A DNA stretch of 32,000 nt from Acaryochloris marina S15 (GTDB taxonomy: Bacteria > Cyanobacteriota > Cyanobacteriia > Thermosynechococcales > Thermosynechococcaceae). Numbering within the stretch: the stretch's first letter is position 1; each line of letters opens with the position of its first letter. Both the position numbers and the translations under genes were made by a program. The notes below the pieces were generated by a model, which saw only the letters and a list, made by a program, of their open reading frames with translations, searched no databases and was not told where the DNA came from. The stretch is from NCBI RefSeq assembly GCF_018336915.1, contig NZ_CP064923.1, positions 3,300,001-3,332,000 on the forward strand. Direction: 5' to 3'. Shown here one piece after another: positions 25,547 through 32,000 of this stretch.

Positions 25547-25838
25547 GTGGCAATCTTATAGAATCTTTAAGCATTTTAACAGATTGTCTTAGTCTAACTT
25601 AACGGAACCCACTTAAATCCAAAGTATTGGTAATGAAGTGGCTTTCGTTAGGATGTACGACACTTGCGATCGCAGACTAAGTACACCTAAGGCAGTCAAC
25701 ACAGTTAATGCTTGGATGCTGACCCTACAGACATCCTATAACACTCCCATCCGGATTCAATAAAAACGACGCAATAAGTTAGCTGTAACCTCAACCTTTC
25801 TGAAGGAGATGGGTTACGCTCTACTATCTGAGAGAGAA

Positions 25839-25920
25839 TGCGGACGAAAGGACTTGAACCTTCACACCTTGCAGTACTAGAACCTAAATCTAGCGCGTCT
25901 ACCAATTCCGCCACGTCCGC
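25839..25920 (-). tRNA. trnL: tRNA-Leu (anticodon UAG), class II with a long variable arm; CCA not encoded
   Basis: The reverse complement reads GCGGACGTGGCGGAATTGGTAGACGCGCTAGATTTAGGTTCTAGTACTGCAAGGTGTGAAGGTTCAAGTCCTTTCGTCCGCA. The acceptor stem is GCGGACG/CGTCCGC. The anticodon stem is CTAGA/TCTAG with loop TTTAGGT (anticodon TAG). The T-loop is TTCAAGT, and the variable arm is long. Confidence 0.9.
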
Positions 25921-26003
25921 AAATTTGGCTTTACTATCATAGCGCAGCTTTTGCAGAGTAAACCCACTAAAGTTAGAAATTCTTGCAAGCGAACAATGTA
26001 ATA

Positions 26004-26585
26004 CTATTTTTTTCGGCAAGGTTTTGAAGGGGCTGGGGAAGAGGGCAATGGCCCAATACCTTTATATATAAGTTTTATCTTGTTGTCCTCAGTCCGAATC
26101 CATTGAGTTGCCTGAGTTATGTTCGGGCGAACAGGTTGATCAACAAGTTTAGGATTACGTGTTGATGAATATTTACTTGATTCTTGTATAGGAGCCCGTT
26201 TAAGTACTGATGGAGCACGCATATCATGCCAAATTGCTTTCTCCGCCAAAAGAATTTCAGATAGATTAATCAAAATTGGGCTGTGAATAACCAAAGCACT
26301 GTTTTCTTCTAGTCCTCCAGGATTACAACTCAGCCAGATAATCGGTGTCCTAGTAGTTTTAAAATCTTCAGGTAACTTACGTATTGTTTTTATTGTATCA
26401 ATAGTTAACTGTCTACCTTGTTGTTGTGCATCTTGTAAATTAAAGCCAGCAGGTAGTATTGGGATTAATTGAGCTTGAGAAGAACTGACTAAACTCAACG
26501 GGAATATAACAAGACTAAATATCAAGCCACTTAACTGTAATTTTCTAGTGAAACAGAGTTTTATCCTTGGTTGATAAATCCACAT
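26004..26585 (-). CDS. Hypothetical secreted protein (orphan, A+T-rich)
   Basis: ATG start and a signal-peptide-like N-terminus (LSGLIFSLVIFPLSLVSSSQAQ). I recognise no family. Coding status rests on ORF length and the signal peptide only. Confidence 0.45.
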   Translation of the reverse strand: MWIYQPRIKLCFTRKLQLSGLIFSLVIFPLSLVSSSQAQLIPILPAGFNLQDAQQQGRQLTIDTIKTIRKLPEDFKTTRTPIIWLSCNPGGLEENSALVIHSPILINLSEILLAEKAIWHDMRAPSVLKRAPIQESSKYSSTRNPKLVDQPVRPNITQATQWIRTEDNKIKLIYKGIGPLPSSPAPSKPCRKK

Positions 26586-26812
26586 TCAACTTTCTACCTC
26601 TGACTTAGAAAAAAGATAGGAACAATGAGTCCAAGGTTTTATCTAGCTTTTGGAAGCTATCTTGAGATATCAGAGGAAATACCAACTTTTACGTATTACT
26701 AAATATTTAATTAGTCCCAACACACATTTTGTAGAAAAGATCCAACTAATTTGTGTTGGATAACAGGACATAACGTTACAAGATCACACTTGGATTAATT
26801 GAGGGTAAGCTT

Positions 26813-28084
26813 TTGTTCAGAGGGCACTGTTTGTGCATTGATGAGGCAAAAGGATTGGACTGGTCTACCCTTGGCGTTGTAATCGTGCCACCCATCGCAG
26901 GTGGCATCATTGGCTATTTCACCAATGACCTCGCCATTTCCATGTTATTTAAGCCCTATCGAGCCATCAAGATAGGCAATCGTCGGCTCCCTTTTACTCC
27001 AGGGCTGATTCCTCGCAACCAGGAACGGTTAGCCCAAAAGGTGTCTGACGCGATCATGACCTCCTTGCTAACCCCTGACGAGCTACAAGCCATTGCCCAA
27101 CGATTGCTGCAGACTGAACGGGTACAAGGCGCTATTTTCTGGTTACTACAACTGGCCCTAGAGCAGGTCAAGTCTGATACCGGTCAAAGAACCGCCCAAA
27201 TTTTAGCCAACATCCTCAGGGACTTTGCCGATCAATCCTTACCTCGCATCATTGTGGCCCTAGCCCGTCGCGAGGATTTTCTCCAAGACCAACTCGACCA
27301 AGTGTTCGATCAGGTACTCCTGGATTTACAGCTCACAGATGATCAGGCCCAACAGCTCGCCAATTGGGTTATTAATGTTGTGGTACCACCTGATACCCTG
27401 CGACTACTGCTGATCGACTTCCTGACCGATCGAAATATTGCCATTTTAGATCGCGATCTACGCACCAAAACCAGTGGCACCTATTGGTTAGTCGCGAATG
27501 TAATGGGGGTCCAAAGTGGCTTAGTGAAGTTACGGACCTTTTGTATCGAAGAGAAATTGGCCTGCAACGCAATCGTGTCAGAATTGCTGACATCCCTGGG
27601 GATTCGACAACGTTTTGTCGAATGGTTAGCCAGTTTATCATTGCAAAATCTGCCCGTTCGAACCGTGCGACAGCTTCGACAACAATTCCGCGAAAGTGTT
27701 CGAGGATATACCCAAAATAAAGGAATTTCCGTTCTACAAAACCTGGGGACGTCCGTAGATTGGAATGAAACCGCCATGCTCATTGTCACGCGCCTGCAAA
27801 CTTCTGAGGTCGTTACCACGTCCCTCAAAGACATCAGTGAGGATTTAGCCCTCATCTTGGAGCGATACTTAGAGCGTGATTTAGAAATGATTGTGATAAA
27901 GGCCCTGCCCATCTTAAATCTCGACCAGGTGATCATCGATCGTGTCAATCACACTGCTCCAGAAGATTTAGAGGCCGCCATTCAGGGCATCGTTAAAACA
28001 GAATTACGAGCTATCGTAATTCTGGGAGGGGTTCTGGGGATTGTCATCGGATTATTGCAGTCCTTAATTCTGTTATTTTCCTGA
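26813..28084 (+). CDS. DUF445-family membrane-associated protein (YheB-like)
   Basis: N-terminal [20 protein letters not shown]...[15 protein letters not shown] and a C-terminal hydrophobic [13 protein letters not shown] are typical of DUF445. The annotated start is TTG, so the exact start is uncertain. Confidence 0.75.
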   Translation: MFRGHCLCIDEAKGLDWSTLGVVIVPPIAGGIIGYFTNDLAISMLFKPYRAIKIGNRRLPFTPGLIPRNQERLAQKVSDAIMTSLLTPDELQAIAQRLLQTERVQGAIFWLLQLALEQVKSDTGQRTAQILANILRDFADQSLPRIIVALARREDFLQDQLDQVFDQVLLDLQLTDDQAQQLANWVINVVVPPDTLRLLLIDFLTDRNIAILDRDLRTKTSGTYWLVANVMGVQSGLVKLRTFCIEEKLACNAIVSELLTSLGIRQRFVEWLASLSLQNLPVRTVRQLRQQFRESVRGYTQNKGISVLQNLGTSVDWNETAMLIVTRLQTSEVVTTSLKDISEDLALILERYLERDLEMIVIKALPILNLDQVIIDRVNHTAPEDLEAAIQGIVKTELRAIVILGGVLGIVIGLLQSLILLFS

Positions 28085-28261
28085 AAGACAAGGCGGTCGG
28101 CCCAATAACCTGAGATAGGAAAAGTTCTAAAACCAGGCATCCTTTTCTCTCTAAAGTACAGCTAGGTTTAAGAGTTAATCAAAACTAGGGAAAGATAAGG
28201 AGAGAATTTATGTTGTCTATTTATCTAAAAGATTGATCACCTTTTCTCATTCCCCAAAGTC

Positions 28262-29263
28262 ATGAATTCCGAACCTAAAGTTATACCTACATCCAGCAAT
28301 CCTGCATCATCTGAGCAGACCGAACAGCAACCCATCATCCAAACCTTCAGTTTACAGAAGACCTATCGAACTGGATTCTGGATGAACAAAACGGTCACCT
28401 CCCTGCAACAATGTAGTGTTCAGGTCATGCCGGGTGAAACGTTTGGTCTACTGGGACCCAATGGTGCTGGGAAAACCACCTTATTAAAGATCCTCTTGGG
28501 TCTTGCTAAACCCTCTGCAGGCAGAGGATTTCTATTGGGCAAGCCTTTAGGCGATCGGTCAGCCAAGCAGTATATCGGCTATTTACCCGAAAACGCTTAC
28601 TTCTACGACTACTTAACAGGGTGGGAATTTCTCAAATATGCAGCGGGTCTTTTCCAAATCCCTGAAAAAGTCCAAAAACGACGTATCCCAGAACTATTAG
28701 ACATGGTGGGATTAGATCGTAAAACGGCTAAGAAAAAACAAATGCGACGCTATTCCAAGGGGATGCTGCAACGGGTCGGCATGGCTCAAGCGTTGATCAA
28801 TGATCCGAAACTCGTATTTTTAGATGAGCCCATGTCAGGTCTCGATCCCATGGGCCGGTACCAAATGCGGGAAATTATTCTATCCCTAAAAGAGCAAGGC
28901 AAGACCGTATTCTTCAATAGCCATGTCCTGTCCGATGTGGAAATAATTTGCGATCGCGTCGCCATACTGGCTTTAGGAGAACTGATCTGCGAAGGTACTC
29001 TGGAACAACTTTTAGGTGCAAACACCCAACATTACCAAGTAAAAGGGAGAGGGGGCAGCCCAAAAGTCCTCTCAGAATTTCTGATAGATTTCGAGATGCA
29101 AGCCGAGCAATGGCACGGCCAGCTTCAAGGCGATCCACAAACCTTTATATCCAAGCTAGGAAGTATGGGGGGCACCTTGATTGAGATGAAACTCATGCGG
29201 CAGTCTTTAGAAGAATTCTTTATTAAACAACTCCGACAGCGAGGCATTCAAAAGAGCCGCTAA
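28262..29263 (+). CDS. ABC transporter ATP-binding protein (ABC-2/drug-exporter-like ATPase)
   Basis: Walker A GPNGAGKTT, signature YSKGMLQRVGMAQAL, Walker B LVFLDEPMSGLD and H-loop NSHVL. No cognate permease is adjacent. Confidence 0.85.
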   Translation: MNSEPKVIPTSSNPASSEQTEQQPIIQTFSLQKTYRTGFWMNKTVTSLQQCSVQVMPGETFGLLGPNGAGKTTLLKILLGLAKPSAGRGFLLGKPLGDRSAKQYIGYLPENAYFYDYLTGWEFLKYAAGLFQIPEKVQKRRIPELLDMVGLDRKTAKKKQMRRYSKGMLQRVGMAQALINDPKLVFLDEPMSGLDPMGRYQMREIILSLKEQGKTVFFNSHVLSDVEIICDRVAILALGELICEGTLEQLLGANTQHYQVKGRGGSPKVLSEFLIDFEMQAEQWHGQLQGDPQTFISKLGSMGGTLIEMKLMRQSLEEFFIKQLRQRGIQKSR

Positions 29264-30069
29264 GCTTCGTTGAGATCACCGGTAGGATCATCGTCCATAA
29301 CAGGCGTATCAGACCAACTCGAACTTTCTTCTTCTTCGCCTTCACCCAGGGCAACGAGCACCACTGTAATATTGTCTTGCCCACCTTCGTCTTTCGCCGC
29401 TTCGACTAAAGCACCTGCAACCGTCTCGCAGGGATGCTTAGCCTCAAAGAAAGGAGAAATTTGCTCATCTGCTAGCTCTTCTGTTAAGCCATCACTACAA
29501 AGCAACAACTGATCACCAGACTTGACATCCAGCTGTTGGATGCCAATTTCATCTAGCTCTTCACGTCCCAAGCACTGAGCTAGAACATGGCGCCAAGGAT
29601 GGGTTCGAGCCTGATCTTTTGTCAACAAACCAGATTTAACGGCTTGAGAAATCCAGGTATGATCTTCTGTGATCTGGGCTAACTGGGATCCTCTCCATCG
29701 GTACAACCGTGAATCACCAATATGAGCGCACCAAGGTTGTCCTTGGGTAGGGAATAAAACCACTACAACGGTAGTTCCCATATCCGCCCGTGCAGGGAAG
29801 TCTTTTTGATTCTGGATAATATCTTGATTGGCTTTCAGTAGCGCTTTTTTCAATAGATCAGGTGGATTAAGCTGGTCTTGCCAATTTTCCACCAAAAACT
29901 TCTGAATGGTTTCAGCGGCAATCCGGCTCGCTTCTTCGCCACCCGCATGGCCCCCCATCCCATCCGCCACGATAAAAAATCGGCCTTCGGGCTCATCAAT
30001 CCGGTAAGAGTCCTGGTTCGCCTTACGGACTAACCCTTGATCACTAAGGCCTGCAAACAGACGTTTCAT
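29260..30069 (-). CDS. PP2C-family Ser/Thr protein phosphatase with an acidic C-terminal tail
   Basis: PP2C motifs NQDS, ADGMGGHAGGEEAS, GTTVVVV, LCSDGL and DNITVVLV. Confidence 0.85.
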   Translation of the reverse strand: MKRLFAGLSDQGLVRKANQDSYRIDEPEGRFFIVADGMGGHAGGEEASRIAAETIQKFLVENWQDQLNPPDLLKKALLKANQDIIQNQKDFPARADMGTTVVVVLFPTQGQPWCAHIGDSRLYRWRGSQLAQITEDHTWISQAVKSGLLTKDQARTHPWRHVLAQCLGREELDEIGIQQLDVKSGDQLLLCSDGLTEELADEQISPFFEAKHPCETVAGALVEAAKDEGGQDNITVVLVALGEGEEEESSSWSDTPVMDDDPTGDLNEA

Positions 30070-30200
30070 ATTAGTTTCAACGATTCTATAATTCCTCTAC
30101 TGTGATTACCATCTGCTTCAATTTACGAAGATGATATAAAGCCTCAGACATTCAAATAGTGTAGCGAAAAAAGCACCTTTCCTGATTTGCCTCTAAAATG

Positions 30201-31931
30201 CTACAACATTCGTTCAAAACTGTCATAACGTTTCATTCTTAATAGAAGCCGCAGGAAGACAATAGCGGCTATGGTGGCAGCGAGTGCTGCGACCGCTGCG
30301 AGCCACACATACTTATTAACCAGCAAAATCGTTGCGGAGAGCGTAAACGTACCGATGAGCAGGGCATAGTTTGTGCCCATATGGGTTAAATTAAGTCGCC
30401 GCAAGATCCGGTCTGTTTCCACCGAACGTACCCGCATACGGAGGTCACCCTGTTCTAACTTATCCAGGGTATCTTCCATCCGTCGGGGTAAACCCAGGGC
30501 GGTATTGCTGACCTGGGCAGCCTGCCGCCCCAACTCTCCCAACAGATCACCGTTTTGATTATTTGAAAATCCACCGTTGGCCATAAGTTCTGCTGCAAAG
30601 GGTTCTGCAACCTCCATAAAGTTAAACGTGGGATCTAGCCCCCGCCCCACTCCTTCTAGAGTAGAAAAGGCTCGCATGACAAATGTAAACGTTGCGGGGA
30701 AACGAAAGGGTTGATCATAGGCAATTTCAAATAGATCATCGCCAATTTGAGCAACAGACTGTTTATCAAACGGCTGCCCCATAAAATTATCCAACATATA
30801 TTGGATCGAGCGCCGGATCGGACCCATATCATCTACAGGTAATAGTGCCCCCAAATCGATCAAAGAGGCAATCACTTTATTCGCATCTTTTTGAGCAAAC
30901 CCGAAAAACGTCTTCAACAGCTTCTCTCGAGTTAACGTCGTAATCTGGCCCATCATGCCGAAATCATAGAAGATTAGCTTTCCATCTGAACTCACAGCTA
31001 AGTTGCCAGGATGGGGGTCTGCATGGAAAAATCCATCCGTTAATAGCTGATACAGATAGGCTTTTGCACTGAGCTGAGCAATGCGCTTTCGATCGATACC
31101 TGCAGCGTCAATGGCATCATAATTACTAATCTTAAGACCTGGGACATACTCCAGGGTTAGCACTCGTGGCGTTGCATATCGCCAAAAGACTCGGGGCACA
31201 TAGACCCATTCTTGATCCCGGAAATTGCGCCGAAACTGATCCGCATTGCGGCCTTCGTTTAAATAGTCAATTTCTTCATAGAGGATTTTGCAACATTCTT
31301 CATAAATGCCTAGCCAGTCTCTTCCAGGCCCCCATTTAGGGTGATTTTGAAAATAATGGGCAATGCCTTTTAAAATTCTCAGGTCTATGTCAAACAGCTT
31401 TTTGAGTCCAGGGCGCTGGATCTTGGCGACAACCTCTTCCCCTGACTGCAGTTGGGCACGGTGCACTTGACCTAAGCTAGCCGCAGCTAGAGGAACTGGA
31501 TCAAAACTGCAAAACAACTCTGGAATGGTACGGCCAAAATCCTTCTCAATAATTCGTTCTACAATCTCGTAGCTGAAGGCAGGCACACGATCCTGGAGCT
31601 TGGATAGCTCTTCTACATACTCCGCTGGGAATAAATCTGCACGAGTTGAGAACAACTGCCCAACCTTAATAAAGGTTGGGCCCAGATCAAGTAAGGTTTC
31701 CCGAATCCAGGCCGCCTGTTTTCGCCGTCGAGTCGCTCGTTTGTCTTCCGTCATCCCTCCCGGATAACTCCAAGACTTACTCAACCACCACCGAGAGCTC
31801 AGCAGCTGCAACACAAAGGTCCAAATATCCAGGAAACGACGTTGGCGAGAATAGCTCTCTCGATTCCAGCGATAGGCTTTGGGATTTTGTTTTGGGAAAG
31901 TCAACTCAGAGGATGAAACTGACACAGGCAC
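30201..31931 (-). CDS. ABC1/UbiB (AarF) atypical kinase family protein with C-terminal TM helices
   Basis: ABC1 blocks LGPTFIKVGQLFSTRADLFP, AAASLGQVHRA, VAKIQRPG, FFHADPHPGNL and DFGMMG. GTG start at 31929-31931. The conserved N-terminal YRWNRESYSRQRRFLDIW supports the long form. Confidence 0.85.
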   Translation of the reverse strand: MPVSVSSSELTFPKQNPKAYRWNRESYSRQRRFLDIWTFVLQLLSSRWWLSKSWSYPGGMTEDKRATRRRKQAAWIRETLLDLGPTFIKVGQLFSTRADLFPAEYVEELSKLQDRVPAFSYEIVERIIEKDFGRTIPELFCSFDPVPLAAASLGQVHRAQLQSGEEVVAKIQRPGLKKLFDIDLRILKGIAHYFQNHPKWGPGRDWLGIYEECCKILYEEIDYLNEGRNADQFRRNFRDQEWVYVPRVFWRYATPRVLTLEYVPGLKISNYDAIDAAGIDRKRIAQLSAKAYLYQLLTDGFFHADPHPGNLAVSSDGKLIFYDFGMMGQITTLTREKLLKTFFGFAQKDANKVIASLIDLGALLPVDDMGPIRRSIQYMLDNFMGQPFDKQSVAQIGDDLFEIAYDQPFRFPATFTFVMRAFSTLEGVGRGLDPTFNFMEVAEPFAAELMANGGFSNNQNGDLLGELGRQAAQVSNTALGLPRRMEDTLDKLEQGDLRMRVRSVETDRILRRLNLTHMGTNYALLIGTFTLSATILLVNKYVWLAAVAALAATIAAIVFLRLLLRMKRYDSFERML

Positions 31932-32000
31932 TAACCAGAATGGCTGCGGTAGTTTTGCAGAGCTGAACGAAGTTGGGCAATTTCTGCCCGCAACTCATCA
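31931..32000 (-). CDS. 3' end of an unidentified upstream gene (partial, coiled-coil-like tail)
   Basis: The minus-strand frame reads ...DELRAEIAQLRSALQNYRSHSG then TAG at 31931-33, open to the window edge. This stop overlaps the GTG start of the ABC1 kinase gene by 1 nt. It is too short to identify. Confidence 0.3.
   Translation of the reverse strand, partial: DELRAEIAQLRSALQNYRSHSG

Noticed and set aside
25792-25802. An 11-nt match (CAACCTTTCTG) between the region downstream of tRNA-Leu and the 21-bp tandem repeat at 20359-20400. I considered it as a possible att-site pair.
   Set aside because: An 11-mer match between a 21-mer and 64 kb of two-strand sequence is not far from chance expectation. 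The flanks do not extend the match, and no integrase is present.
25705-26019. 104-aa ORF on the minus strand.
   Set aside because: It overlaps the entire tRNA-Leu gene (25839-25920). It is a translation of tRNA and flanking sequence, not a plausible protein.
1-32000. CRISPR arrays, IS elements, integrases, prophage genes, reverse transcriptases (retron or DGR), toxin-antitoxin pairs and rRNA.
   Set aside because: Reading both strands, I saw no regularly spaced repeat array. No ORF has transposase, integrase, RT or cas motifs. Apart from the 21-bp duplication, the only repeats are short hairpins and HIP1 octamers.

Overview
This is a chromosomal segment that looks cyanobacterial. I count ten copies of the HIP1 octamer GCGATCGC. 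There is a ccmK3-ccmK4-type carboxysome shell pair, a plsX-fabH operon, an apocarotenoid oxygenase and several TPR, Uma2 and FGE-kinase genes. I support about 29 protein-coding genes (two of them partial at the window edges) and one tRNA-Leu(UAG). I found no transposase, integrase, reverse transcriptase, cas gene or CRISPR array.

Gene content by position:
- 1-3.3 kb: a decayed type I restriction-modification locus. It has a solitary hsdM, ATGA-coupled to a C-terminally truncated DUF1016/YhcG nuclease, followed by a 98-aa cassette gene and the start of a DUF559 gene.
- 3.6-9.4 kb: a FetB-like permease, a BON-like membrane protein, an operon pairing a J-domain/TPR/membrane protein with an M50 (site-2-protease-like)/TPR protein, and an Opu-type ABC permease.
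- 9.7-19.9 kb: an SNF2 helicase, a Ser/Thr kinase fused to an FGE-sulfatase domain, a carotenoid oxygenase, a Uma2 nuclease overlapping a SWIM zinc-finger gene, and a COG2907-like flavoprotein.
- 20.4-32 kb: an Opu-type ABC ATPase, ccmK3/ccmK4, an EamA transporter, fabH, plsX, tRNA-Leu, an orphan secreted protein, a DUF445 protein, an ABC ATPase, a PP2C phosphatase and an ABC1/UbiB kinase.

Best candidates for undescribed biology:
1. An SNF2 / SWIM / Uma2-nuclease gene set. The normally adjacent SNF2-SWIM pair is split by a wedge, and SWIM is translationally coupled to a PD-(D/E)XK-fold nuclease.
2. The J-domain-TPR-membrane plus S2P-TPR two-gene module.
3. An Opu-type ABC operon apparently split by about 11 kb, with a perfect 21-bp tandem duplication of the ATPase gene's 3' end at one junction.

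All functional calls rest on motif recognition by eye. No database search was run.
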